A model generated the notes under the pieces. That model was given only the letters and a program-made list of their open reading frames with translations. It did no database searches and was not told the origin of the DNA. The position numbers and the translations under genes were made by a program. Positions 49,368 through 59,334 of a stretch of 64,000 nt of DNA are shown here, one piece after another. The stretch's first letter is position 1, and each line of letters begins with the position of its first letter. Source of the stretch: Candidatus Krumholzibacteriia bacterium (GTDB taxonomy: Bacteria > Krumholzibacteriota > Krumholzibacteriia > LZORAL124-64-63); contig JADGDU010000004.1 of the NCBI GenBank assembly GCA_016744705.1, forward strand, positions 14,209-78,208. The letters are read 5' to 3'.

Positions 49368-51347
49368 TCAAACAAGATTTCTCTTCAAAAATCCCTCAAC
49401 AGTGCTTCCCAATTTTTTGATGCTAATAGGTTTGGTAATATACCCATCCATACCGGATTCAAGTGCTGCCAGCTCATCCTCGGCTCGGGCATGAGCCGAC
49501 ATGGCAATGATCGGAATATGCTCTCTGGTAATAACTTCGCGCTGGCGAATAATCTGAGCCGTTTCATGCCCTCCCAAAATAGGCATCTGAATATCCATCA
49601 AGATCAAATCAAACTGCTCCTCGTCCAAGAGGGTCAAGGCCAATCGGCCATTACCCGCTACCACCACCTCGTATCCCTGCTTTCCTAAAGCCGCCAATGC
49701 TACCTTTTGATTGACCAAATTATCTTCCACCAGAAGAATACGTATAGCCGTATCAGTGGATGGAGAAATAGAAACTAAGTGGGGTTGTTTCTGAATGGGA
49801 GCATCGGACTTTTGCGTTCTATTTTCAGCTTCCTTATCGACTTCCAATTCAACTGTGAAATGGAAACGGCTCCCTTTTCCTTCTTCACTGTCTACCTCAA
49901 TCTGGCCGCCCATGAGTCCAACAATTTTTCTGGAAATAGATAAACCCAGGCCGGTGCCACCAAAACGGCGAGTCGTAGTTCCGTCAGCCTGGGAGAATGA
50001 TTGGAATATTTTTTCCTGATTATCCTTGGAAATACCAATACCGGAATCCACCACCGAAAAATGAATCACTGAAGTCTCGGTTGAGCATTCCAATTCGAGG
50101 ATTTCCAGTCTAACCTCTCCATTGGGAGTAAATTTTATGGCATTTCCCAGCAGGTTGATCAGAACCTGGCCCATCCGGGTAGGGTCTCCCATCATCATCC
50201 GGGGAATCGACTCTGAAATAGTGACGGAAACATTCAATCCCTTTTCATTGGCCAGAGCCTCAATTGGCATCACCCAGGATGAAATGTTATCTCGGAAGTG
50301 GAAAGAAACATTTTCCAACTCCATCTTGTTCGCTTCGATTTTTGATAAATCCAGGATATCGTTGATCAGAACCAATAAATTGTTCGCAGAAAGTTGGACC
50401 AATTCCAGATAGCCTCTTTGTTCTTCATCGAGATCTGTTTCCAACGTCAGATCCGTCATGCCAAGGATGCCATTCATCGGTGTGCGTATTTCGTGGCTCA
50501 TGTTGGCCAGGAATTGACTTTTGGAATGGTTTGCTTGTTCTGCTTCAAGACGGGCCTTCTTCAAATCAATGGTGCGCCCTTGCAGTTTTTCGGCCATGGT
50601 GTTAAATGAATCGGCCACCTGCGCAAAATTATCATTTCCAGGAATAGTGATGCGCCATTTCAACTCCCCATCTCCCAACCGAGTGGCTCCTTCCATAAGT
50701 CTTTGGACCGGAGCTTCCAAAACCAACCTCAGAACAACTAACAAGAGGGTTCCCAATACGATGGACCCGAACAGGAAAACAACCATGAATTTTTTTTCCC
50801 GCTCCACATCCTGGAGAAGTTCTGAATTGTGCTTTTTTATGTTTATAACCAAGTGTTCCACAATAAGTGGCAGATGGGCTCCAGCATCCTGGTACGCTTC
50901 AAGAACGATGGGCTCTATTTCCATGGAGCATGCGAGGCTGGGGTCAAGGAGAGCCTCTTGACTGTATATTTTCAGGGCAAACTCAAGACGCTTTATGCCT
51001 AACTGGAATCCCCTAACAGCATCCGCCCCTGAGTCCATCATCAATTCGTTCAATCCTTCCAATTCTTCCAGAGAACTCCTGCACTGGCTCACATTTGCCA
51101 CTAAGTCTTGGAAGGAATCGATATCACCGGCTAAAATGTTTTGAACTTGGGGGTAAAGATCTTGATACGAAACCTGCAATTGCAACATGGAATCAAGAAC
51201 AGGTTGATCTATACGAACAATACTTTCCACTCGGTTTGAAATAGATGTAAGACCATGGATTAGGTACAAAAAGACAACTAATGCCAGGGCACCCTGTATG
51301 AGAGTCCCCATATTCAAAATTCGGTTAAAAGAAAAGTAGTTTTGCAT
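49368..51347 (-). CDS. Membrane hybrid histidine kinase (periplasmic helical sensor-HAMP-HisKA-HATPase-REC)
   Basis: [31 protein letters not shown], receiver VEDNLVN / LMDIQMP / TKP. Confidence 0.95.
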   Translation of the reverse strand: MQNYFSFNRILNMGTLIQGALALVVFLYLIHGLTSISNRVESIVRIDQPVLDSMLQLQVSYQDLYPQVQNILAGDIDSFQDLVANVSQCRSSLEELEGLNELMMDSGADAVRGFQLGIKRLEFALKIYSQEALLDPSLACSMEIEPIVLEAYQDAGAHLPLIVEHLVINIKKHNSELLQDVEREKKFMVVFLFGSIVLGTLLLVVLRLVLEAPVQRLMEGATRLGDGELKWRITIPGNDNFAQVADSFNTMAEKLQGRTIDLKKARLEAEQANHSKSQFLANMSHEIRTPMNGILGMTDLTLETDLDEEQRGYLELVQLSANNLLVLINDILDLSKIEANKMELENVSFHFRDNISSWVMPIEALANEKGLNVSVTISESIPRMMMGDPTRMGQVLINLLGNAIKFTPNGEVRLEILELECSTETSVIHFSVVDSGIGISKDNQEKIFQSFSQADGTTTRRFGGTGLGLSISRKIVGLMGGQIEVDSEEGKGSRFHFTVELEVDKEAENRTQKSDAPIQKQPHLVSISPSTDTAIRILLVEDNLVNQKVALAALGKQGYEVVVAGNGRLALTLLDEEQFDLILMDIQMPILGGHETAQIIRQREVITREHIPIIAMSAHARAEDELAALESGMDGYITKPISIKKLGSTVEGFLKRNLV

Positions 51348-52244
51348 CTACCTCTCTCTCTCTTCCGTCTGAGATGCAAACTCCAGGGTCAGAACTTCAG
51401 AAATCTCTCCACAACCATATTTAGGTTGTTGAGAATCGGGTTCTTCTTTTCGGCCAGCAATTTCAAAGCGGGAAACCCCAAGTCGGTACGATTGCCCGGG
51501 GAATAATTGAACGTCGTCATCATGTTTCGTTTGCAGTTGACGACCAAATTCAATAGTCCAATACCCGTCAGCCCACACACCCTTGGCTCGAATGTCTGCT
51601 CTACTTCCCTCAGGTTTTACCTCTGCAAATCGGGAAACCACTGGGCCTTGATTTATCACCAGGATCTGAGTTTTGTATGCTGGTTTACCCTCGTCGCCCG
51701 AACGTATCAAGTGCATGGATGATCCAGTTTTGCTTGTCAATTGGCTACTGCGAGCCAAAACGGTGGCGGACAATTCCTGGGTTTTATCATCAGCATATCC
51801 GGATCCATTGGTACGGCAGGCTTTCCAGAACCAAATGTCGGCAGTATAAGAAGTGGGAGACAATAGAGTCAGATCCGTATCATCACCGCTGAGAAACCAT
51901 TTAAAAACAAAAACATCCTCTCGGTCATTCCCTGGTGCATACTCATCCTGATCAGCATTCCAAAACCAGCTTCTGTGCGATTGAGAACAGTCTGAATCGG
52001 GATACCGGACCAGAAAATAAATGTGAGTACCCGTATGAACGGCCTTTAATTCCATGGGAATGTTCGCCACTATATCAGTGGTCACTATTCCTGGAACGCT
52101 GCTCCAGGCGCTGTCCAGAGCCGACCCGTCCACGGTAGGCGATATAGAAACTATCTGCGAGACAAGCAATTGATCGGCTTGGCAAAAGCCCGCTATTAAA
52201 ACCAATGCTCCCCAGAGAATGATCAGAAAGATTCGTGATGCCAT
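51348..52244 (-). CDS. Periplasmic EB_dh / DOMON-like (ethylbenzene dehydrogenase gamma-type) domain protein
   Basis: Signal peptide; P.VDG...D.AW, LKAVH...IYFLV.YPD, REDVF...W, DIWFWKA.RT...GYADD, G.W..G.WT.EF.R.L.T...DD. Confidence 0.75.
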   Translation of the reverse strand: MASRIFLIILWGALVLIAGFCQADQLLVSQIVSISPTVDGSALDSAWSSVPGIVTTDIVANIPMELKAVHTGTHIYFLVRYPDSDCSQSHRSWFWNADQDEYAPGNDREDVFVFKWFLSGDDTDLTLLSPTSYTADIWFWKACRTNGSGYADDKTQELSATVLARSSQLTSKTGSSMHLIRSGDEGKPAYKTQILVINQGPVVSRFAEVKPEGSRADIRAKGVWADGYWTIEFGRQLQTKHDDDVQLFPGQSYRLGVSRFEIAGRKEEPDSQQPKYGCGEISEVLTLEFASQTEERER

Positions 52245-52284
52245 TTCCCGGTCCTTTAAAAAAGAGTTCCTAGCTTCAAGGGTA

Positions 52285-52311
52285 TTATCGGATAGAGCAG
52301 GGAAATCCTTA
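52285..52311 (-). promoter_or_regulatory. Putative sigma28 (FliA)-type promoter
   Basis: Minus strand TAAG-N15-TCCGATAA versus consensus TAAA-N15-GCCGATAA, 40 nt upstream of the start. Confidence 0.55.
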
Positions 52312-52497
52312 GGATCATTCTATGGCTGGGCAATAAGTAGGGCACCGGGAAGTCGTTGAGAAGTTAGTTTCACACACAGAGTTAATAATCTGCCTAATAA
52401 CAATAAATATTCGAAAGCTTTCTGGCGTGGATGATCTCTCGCATTATAATGCTGAGGTGAAAAGATTATCTCATGCCATTCTCTCCAGGAGTTACCG

Positions 52498-53100
52498 ATG
52501 AACACTTTCGACGCCATCGCAGCCCGCCGCTCAGTCAAAAAATTCGACCCCGAGCACACAATGACCGAAGCCGAAATCACCCAACTCATGAATGCCACCA
52601 TTTTAACCCCTACGGCTTTCAATATCCAAAACTGGCGTTTTGTTGTGATCACCGATCAATCGGTCAAAGAGCAATTCAAAGCCATCGGGTGGAACCAGGC
52701 TCAATTCAGTGATTGCTCTGCTCTGGTTTTGGTTTGCGGCGACCAGCAGGCTTATGGACAGGATACCGAGCGGTATTGGGCCAGCACAGATGAGAAAACT
52801 CGTGAAATCATAGTAGGAATGATCAAAGGATATTATGGAGCCGATGCAGGGCTTTGTCGTGACGAGAATCTTAAATCCGGCGGTATGGCCGCCATGACCA
52901 TCATGCTGGCAGCACAGGCCATGGGTTATGACAGCTGCCCCATGAGTGGTTTTGATTTCGAAAAAGCGGCCGAAATTGTTAAATTGCCGGCCCAGCATGA
53001 CATCATTATGTCCGTGGCTGTTGGCAAAGGCGATGAGGCAGCACGCCCCCGTGGCGGTCAGCTGCCCCTTGAGGATGTGTGCTTCCGCGACAGTTTCTAA
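52498..53100 (+). CDS. Nitroreductase family protein
   Basis: AARRSVKKFD, PTAFNIQNWRFVV, AAQAMGYDSCPMSGFD; SD AGGAG. Confidence 0.95.
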   Translation: MNTFDAIAARRSVKKFDPEHTMTEAEITQLMNATILTPTAFNIQNWRFVVITDQSVKEQFKAIGWNQAQFSDCSALVLVCGDQQAYGQDTERYWASTDEKTREIIVGMIKGYYGADAGLCRDENLKSGGMAAMTIMLAAQAMGYDSCPMSGFDFEKAAEIVKLPAQHDIIMSVAVGKGDEAARPRGGQLPLEDVCFRDSF

Positions 53101-53157
53101 ATGCTTTGGGATGGGATGCCAAGTTGATCACTTGGCATCCATCTCAAATCCCATATC

Positions 53158-53754
53158 TCAGTCTCCACCCTCATGGTCTTCCCGCCAGTCATTCAACGCC
53201 CGCATCCGGCGCCGGAACTTATATGGTTCTTCAAAAGCCACCGGCCCCACCTCGCGTGAGGCCGCCAACACCGCTTCCGAAGCTCCAGGCAATCCATTGT
53301 CCCCATAATGGCTAACCGTTTCCATGGCAAAGCCAGCTGTGACAGCCAGAACCGAATAATTGCGACCATTGACGAAGAGGTAACCCAAGGTCCGGCCGTA
53401 GCCATCCGGCTCTGCTGAACGGAGCAGTTCCACCGTTTCGGCCATGGCAAAAACACCTTTGGCAAAGGCCGTGGCCTCCGGGCCAAAGGGTTGGTCGTCA
53501 TACCACCCCATGGAATGATGGGCCACTTCAGGGGTGTCGATGCCAAGGATACGGATCCGTTCCTTGTCCTCACCATTCCAATGGATAACCACAGTGTCCC
53601 CATCGCCCACATCTATCAGGGCCGGGTCTACGGGAATTCGTTTGAGGCTTTGGCGAGTGGGATTGACGTCCTCAGCATAAACCTGAGTTGCGACCAGAAT
53701 GAGAATTAACAGGACGAAGTGCCGGAATCGATTCGGGAGCATGGGGTCCTCCAT
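53158..53754 (-). CDS. Exported thermonuclease (SNase-like)
   Basis: DGDTV, RIRILGIDTPE, DGYGRTLGY; signal peptide. Confidence 0.9.
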   Translation of the reverse strand: MEDPMLPNRFRHFVLLILILVATQVYAEDVNPTRQSLKRIPVDPALIDVGDGDTVVIHWNGEDKERIRILGIDTPEVAHHSMGWYDDQPFGPEATAFAKGVFAMAETVELLRSAEPDGYGRTLGYLFVNGRNYSVLAVTAGFAMETVSHYGDNGLPGASEAVLAASREVGPVAFEEPYKFRRRMRALNDWREDHEGGD

Positions 53755-53988
53755 GGCTTAACAAGTGATCGGTGTTTGGTCCGCCTAAAATAGGCAGGCC
53801 AGGCTCATGACACCAGACTCACCCCAAAAACAGACCAATTCAGGGTCATTTTCAGTAAAATTTTGAGACCAACCTCCCAATGAAAATGCCCTCGCAAATC
53901 TTTTTGTCATTAAGGGGAATGTGCTATCTTGCAGGAGTCTAATCTGCCAAGTGATTCCTACTTTCACCCAATCTGAGAGGGGTCCCCC

Positions 53989-56034
53989 TTGTTGATCTCT
54001 GGCCTGCCCTATTTCCAGCGGATGCTCCTGGCTTCCGTACTGATCATTCTGCTTCCCTTAATAGCAGTGGCCCAAAATGATCTTCCCCCCGGTGAGAAAC
54101 CTGAAAGCGATGCCTTCAGCAGGTTGGACGATGCCGGTTGCACCAAAGACCATTCCAGTTCCGATCATGTCATCGTACTTTCCCAAGCCGTGAATCAAGT
54201 CAAACCCAGCGGCGTGACCACCGTGGACGGTTACGACTTACTGAAAATATTGACCGATGCCGGCTGCCGAAACCAGAGCGTCCTGAACTGGCACTACGAT
54301 CCCCAGAGCAGTCACGTGGAAGTTCGGGAAGTATATATTCTGCGGGATGGCGAGCGCTTGCCGGTGGATGTGGCCCTCGTCCACGACCTGCCTGCACCCC
54401 AGTCGGCCATCTATTGGCGCGACCGCGTTAAGACATTGCAGTTGCCTCGCCTGGAAGTTGGCGATGGCATTGAAATCATCACCTATCGCAAGGGCTTCAC
54501 CTACGCCTTGTTGGCGCAGGGCCAGGGCGGATCTGCAGGTTCAACAGCACCCGATGACGAACGCTACATCCCTCCCATGCCTGGAGAATATTTTGACATC
54601 GTAAAATTCACCGACAGCGCACCCGTGTTGGAAAAAAGATACGTTTTGCGTTTGCCGGTGGAAAAGCGCCTGCACGCGGAAGTTTATAACGGCGCCTTGT
54701 TCAGCCGAGTGACTTATGGTGACGATTATACAGAGTATTCCTGGTGGGGACTGGACCTGCCCGCACAAATCCATGAGCCCAGCCAACCAGACGCTTCTGA
54801 CTTTGCCCCCAAGGTGGTCATGGCTACCGCTGAAAGCTGGGAAGCCAAGAGCCGCTGGTTCTTCGATGTAAACCGCGATCAATTCACCGTCACCCCCGCC
54901 ATACAGGAAAAAGTGGATCAAATTCTCAAAGACCAGGGATTGACTAAATCCGGGGAAGAAAAAAAAGCCAAAGCCCTGCTGCACTGGGTGGCCCAAAACA
55001 TTCGTTATTCGGGCCAAACCATGGGCGAAGGGGAAGGCTTCACTTTGCACTCCGGAGAAATGATTTTCGACCAGCGCAGCGGAGTCTGTAAGGACATCGC
55101 CGGAATGCTGGTCACCATGATGCGAGCCGCGGGTATGGACAGCTATGCAGCCATGACCATGGCCGGCAGCCGCATCGACGATTTACCTGCCGATCAGTTC
55201 AATCATTGCGTCACAGCCTTGCGCCTGGAAGACGGCAGTTTCCGCATGTACGACCCCACCTGGGTCCCGTACAACAACACCGTCTGGTCTATGCTGGAAA
55301 CCGAACAACACTACCTGGTGGGCACGCCGGAAGGTGAGACCCTCAGTCGCATCCGTTACAGCCCACCAGAAGAGTCCACCCTCAAAGTCAGGCATAAAGG
55401 CGAACTCAAAAAGGATGGCACCCTGAAGGGAACCTTCCATCTATTGGGGTCTGGTGCCCTGGATGGCCGCCTGCGCCGTATCGTCTCAGGCACGCCCCGC
55501 AAAGACATCAATGCACGAGGAGCCCGACTGCTTTCAGCCCTCAGCCCAACCGTGCAAAAGATCGAGGTCAAACATTTGTCCGCCGAAGATTTTAACAAGG
55601 ACATGTGGATCGAAATCCAATACGAAATTCCACGCTACGCCCAGCTCTTGGCCGGGGGCCTGGAATTTCAAAGCCCTGCTTTGAAACTGGTGCTCAGCGA
55701 CGGCAGCCTGTTCCGAGCAGGAAGCACTCACTGGGCCGAAGAGCGGCAAAGCGATTTGCTGCTCTATTTCACCCAGCTGGTGGATATTGAAGAGAGCATC
55801 AAGGTGCCCGGTGGATTCAAGCTGCACCAGAAATGCACCCCCATCGCGCTGGATGAAACCTACGGAGGCTTCAACGCTGAAATGAATCAGAAGGGTAAGC
55901 TGGAATCGAAAATAACCGCTCAGGTCAAGCGTCGCCAAATACCGCCCGAGGGTTATGAAGGATTTCGTAAAACCATGGTCGCAGCTCAGGATTGGGCCGA
56001 AAAAACCATCCGTCTGGAAAAGGAGGGCGAATAA
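53989..56034 (+). CDS. DUF3857 + transglutaminase-like domain exported protein (catalytic triad intact)
   Basis: WVAQNIRY, GVCKD (Cys), FNHCV (His), YDPT (Asp). Confidence 0.88.
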   Translation: MLISGLPYFQRMLLASVLIILLPLIAVAQNDLPPGEKPESDAFSRLDDAGCTKDHSSSDHVIVLSQAVNQVKPSGVTTVDGYDLLKILTDAGCRNQSVLNWHYDPQSSHVEVREVYILRDGERLPVDVALVHDLPAPQSAIYWRDRVKTLQLPRLEVGDGIEIITYRKGFTYALLAQGQGGSAGSTAPDDERYIPPMPGEYFDIVKFTDSAPVLEKRYVLRLPVEKRLHAEVYNGALFSRVTYGDDYTEYSWWGLDLPAQIHEPSQPDASDFAPKVVMATAESWEAKSRWFFDVNRDQFTVTPAIQEKVDQILKDQGLTKSGEEKKAKALLHWVAQNIRYSGQTMGEGEGFTLHSGEMIFDQRSGVCKDIAGMLVTMMRAAGMDSYAAMTMAGSRIDDLPADQFNHCVTALRLEDGSFRMYDPTWVPYNNTVWSMLETEQHYLVGTPEGETLSRIRYSPPEESTLKVRHKGELKKDGTLKGTFHLLGSGALDGRLRRIVSGTPRKDINARGARLLSALSPTVQKIEVKHLSAEDFNKDMWIEIQYEIPRYAQLLAGGLEFQSPALKLVLSDGSLFRAGSTHWAEERQSDLLLYFTQLVDIEESIKVPGGFKLHQKCTPIALDETYGGFNAEMNQKGKLESKITAQVKRRQIPPEGYEGFRKTMVAAQDWAEKTIRLEKEGE

Positions 56035-57917
56035 TGAAGCGTCTCACATGCCTCAGCACCATCATCATCCTCCTGCTTTCGGTTAACCTTTTTGCTGCCG
56101 AAATGGGATCCTCCCTTGGCCAGGACCTGGACCAGCTGTGGGCCCAGGCCCAGCAAAATTTTGATACCCAGCAGGAAGATTGCATCCTCCTGCTCGAAAG
56201 CCTCGAAGTGAGCTTGAACAAGGACCAAAGCCTCAGCACCCGCGTCCACCGAGTAGTCTGGATCGGCACTGCCGTAGGAGTGCGCCGCTATGCCGATTTG
56301 CGCGTCCCCTGGAACAGCGCCACGTCAGAGTTGAAGGTGGAAAAACTGCGCACTTGGCGTGAAGGCCGGTGGTGGCCCGATGCCGAACAAATCAGTGAGA
56401 CAGCCGTGGTTCACACCCTACCCTATGCTGTGAACCGTGCCGATGATTACACAGCCATGCGCGAAACCATGCTTCTGCATGATGGCGTGGAACTGGGTTG
56501 CATCATGGAAACGGTCTATACCATCACTGAACAAAAGGTACCCGCCGCTGGTGGTCTCTTTATTTTTGCTCAGGATGATCCGGCGGTCCGCACCCAACTC
56601 AAGATCAGCGGAGCCCAGATAAAGTCCGAAGAGATCAACGGTGCTGTGGAATGGATTGCCCAGGGAGGCCAACAAAAAATCTGGACCTCTTCCCTGACTC
56701 AAGCCCGCCGGCAACCAGCAACCGGCAGCCCCCAGTCCATAGAACCCACCGTGGCTTGGACACTTTGGTCAGATTGGAATTCACTGGCCGAGAACTGGCT
56801 GAAAAATTTCGAGAGGGCCCAAATTCTTGAATCAAGACAGACTGATTTATTGCAGAAGGTTTTGCATCCCGCCCTCAGCACTCGCCAAAGAGCTGTGGCC
56901 GTAGGAGATTTTCTCAATCAAAAAGTCCGCCCCATTCATTACGACACAGGGTTCTGGACTTTTGCCCCGCGTTCCGCCGTGCGCACCCTTGATACGGCCT
57001 ATGGTCATGACCTGGACCGAGCCGTGTTGGCCGCAGCACTTTTGGGTGTCGCTGGCTTCACCGTCGATCCCATGTTCATCGGTCAGGGCTCAAGTTTGGT
57101 AGCCCCGGACATTCCTCGCCTCCAGGATATACAGCGGATTATTCTCCGCCTGAGGTCGGGTTCCGGTCTCTGGTTTGATCCCGCCAGCGGCACGGTCATC
57201 TCTCCTGACGAAATTATGGGCCATGCCTTCTGGGATCTTCACCAGTCTGGCGACAACAGGCCCCAAACTCCAACCCTTCCCCAGTCAGAAATGTCCTTCA
57301 CTGTGGGACTGAACCTTTCTCCCGGTGAAGATGATTTATTCAAAGGCGAAGGTTATTTCAGGGGAACCGCGGCCTTCAGCCAACACGGAGAAACCCGCTC
57401 TCCTGAAGGCCTAAAGGATGGGTTTGTCTCTCCCTTATCGGAATCCATTCTGCCCGGCTTAAAGCCTGCCTCAGTTCTCCCGGGCTCCATCGAACCAGCG
57501 GTGGTGGAGCTGGACTTCACTCTCCAGGAATTTGAAATCCCCCATGACGGTTTGGACCGCAAGTCCCTTGTTTTGTCTGCTCCTCTGGGTGGGATTTTGG
57601 ACACCCTGCCCCAGGGAGTGCATCTCTATGACGAAAAGAGAGACACTCCGGTGCACGGGATGAAAGGTTGGCATCAAACAGTGACTTTGCGTCTGGAGAC
57701 CTCGGCCGCAGATCTGAAACACATACCTCAGGCTTTTAAATTGGCTAATGACGTGGGCCTGTTTGAACTCCAAATTCATCAGAACGAGGATTGTTTGACC
57801 CTGATTCGAACTCTCGTCCTCACCCAGAAAGATGTGATGGCTGAACAATGGCCGCAATTGAGAGCTCTGTTGTTGGCTGAATTGGATCCGGCACATGGAA
57901 CAGTGATCTGGAATTAA
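56034..57917 (+). CDS. DUF3857 family paralog with degenerate transglutaminase domain
   Basis: Start ATG 56034 (TAATG overlap); same layout as the upstream gene, but YGHDLD in place of GxCxD; WFDP retained. Confidence 0.8.
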   Translation: MKRLTCLSTIIILLLSVNLFAAEMGSSLGQDLDQLWAQAQQNFDTQQEDCILLLESLEVSLNKDQSLSTRVHRVVWIGTAVGVRRYADLRVPWNSATSELKVEKLRTWREGRWWPDAEQISETAVVHTLPYAVNRADDYTAMRETMLLHDGVELGCIMETVYTITEQKVPAAGGLFIFAQDDPAVRTQLKISGAQIKSEEINGAVEWIAQGGQQKIWTSSLTQARRQPATGSPQSIEPTVAWTLWSDWNSLAENWLKNFERAQILESRQTDLLQKVLHPALSTRQRAVAVGDFLNQKVRPIHYDTGFWTFAPRSAVRTLDTAYGHDLDRAVLAAALLGVAGFTVDPMFIGQGSSLVAPDIPRLQDIQRIILRLRSGSGLWFDPASGTVISPDEIMGHAFWDLHQSGDNRPQTPTLPQSEMSFTVGLNLSPGEDDLFKGEGYFRGTAAFSQHGETRSPEGLKDGFVSPLSESILPGLKPASVLPGSIEPAVVELDFTLQEFEIPHDGLDRKSLVLSAPLGGILDTLPQGVHLYDEKRDTPVHGMKGWHQTVTLRLETSAADLKHIPQAFKLANDVGLFELQIHQNEDCLTLIRTLVLTQKDVMAEQWPQLRALLLAELDPAHGTVIWN

Positions 57918-57923
57918 TGAACC

Positions 57924-57955
57924 AGGGCCGGCACTCAGTGGCCGGCCCTTTTTTT
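57924..57955 (+). terminator. Rho-independent terminator
   Basis: AGGGCCGGC-ACTCAGTG-GCCGGCCCT followed by TTTTTT. Confidence 0.8.
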
Positions 57956-57965
57956 AAAGGACACA

Positions 57966-58721
57966 GTGATGAATGAGAAGCAGCATCTAGCTTTTGTAAC
58001 GGGCACTAGCTCCGGGATTGGACTGAGCATGGCCCAAAGCCTGGTCCAGAATCAATGGCGTGTTTGTGGCCTGTCCCGTCGCCCGGCCGCGCTGGAAGCC
58101 GAACGTTACACCCACCTTCAAATAGATTTGGCAGATTTGGAAAATTTGCCGGCTCAGATATTGGAAAACTGGCAGGACATCTTGATTCAGCAGCCCTGGC
58201 ACACTGTAGCCTTAGTGAATAATGCGGCCCTGATCGGCGCATTGCGGTGGATGCACCAAACCGATGCCAGCCATCTGGGACGAATTTTTGCCATCAACGC
58301 AGCAGCCCCAGCCTACCTCATGGGTTGGCTCGCCAAGTCTACAGAATCTTCGCAAAATATTCGAGTCGTCAACATCTCGTCGGGGGCTGCCCACACCCCC
58401 TTCCCCGGTCTTGGGGATTACAGTGCCACCAAAGCGGCCCTCCGCCTGAGCGGCCAAACGCTGGCCAAAGAATTCGAGTTGGAAGGACGCACAGCAGACC
58501 AGGCCGCGGTCTTCAGTTATGAACCAGGGGTGGTTGATACCGAGATGCAGGACCAGGCCCGCGCCACCTCAGCAGAGGATTTTCCCGCCCACCATACTTT
58601 TGTGGATTTTCATGAAAAGGGAATCTTGGTTTCACCAGATATGGTGATCAAAGATGTCTTGGCGTTCCTGGAATCTCAGCCAGAAGCCCACTTTTGCGAA
58701 AGTCGTTTCCAAAAGGAATAA
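57966..58721 (+). CDS. Short-chain dehydrogenase/reductase (benzil/sepiapterin reductase-like)
   Basis: TGTSSGIG, NNAA, NISSGAA, YSATK, PGVVDTEMQ. Confidence 0.92.
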   Translation: MMNEKQHLAFVTGTSSGIGLSMAQSLVQNQWRVCGLSRRPAALEAERYTHLQIDLADLENLPAQILENWQDILIQQPWHTVALVNNAALIGALRWMHQTDASHLGRIFAINAAAPAYLMGWLAKSTESSQNIRVVNISSGAAHTPFPGLGDYSATKAALRLSGQTLAKEFELEGRTADQAAVFSYEPGVVDTEMQDQARATSAEDFPAHHTFVDFHEKGILVSPDMVIKDVLAFLESQPEAHFCESRFQKE

Positions 58722-58816
58722 TGGCTGTCAGAATTTCAGCCAAGGCTGAATGATCCACTCCATGGGTAGATACAAATGGTTACAGGCCGAAGCGGTTGCT
58801 CCGGCCTGTTATTCAA

Positions 58817-59242
58817 CTATGCGTAGATGCTCTCATACGAAGAGACGTCCTCTTCCTCACCGATACTGAAAAGAGAACTCAGGTCCGTTTCACCCGAAGC
58901 ACTGAAACTCAAGCTTGAGAGCAAGGATTCTTCCTCTTCACCAGGCGGAGGACCAGGTGGCGGTCCGGATGGTGGGCCTTGGGGACGGCCGGCCTCGAAC
59001 TCAGCAAAACTCATGGCTCCATCACCATCTGAGTCAATCTGAGCCATGAGTTCATCTGCCGTTGGAGCTGCATCGCCCATTTTTTCAGCCATCATATCGG
59101 CCATGGACTGTACTTCTGTCGCGTTGACGCTACCATCTCCGTCAGTATCGATTTTATTAAATAAATCTTCCTGACTGGGACGGGCTTTGGCTCCCTGCAT
59201 GGCGGCCATCGAGCTGCCCATGCCTGAAATTGAACTGATCAT
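58817..59242 (-). CDS. EF-hand calcium-binding protein
   Basis: Two canonical loops DTDGDGSVNATE and DSDGDGAMSFAE; Pro-rich and acidic tail; SD AGGAGG. Confidence 0.9.
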   Translation of the reverse strand: MISSISGMGSSMAAMQGAKARPSQEDLFNKIDTDGDGSVNATEVQSMADMMAEKMGDAAPTADELMAQIDSDGDGAMSFAEFEAGRPQGPPSGPPPGPPPGEEEESLLSSLSFSASGETDLSSLFSIGEEEDVSSYESIYA

Positions 59243-59334
59243 GAGATTCCTCCTAAGGAAACAAGACCCGGCCCTTTGCCGAATCGTACCTTGGAAAAAG
59301 CATTTAACATTCCTGAATGTGTGGGATTTTTGTA

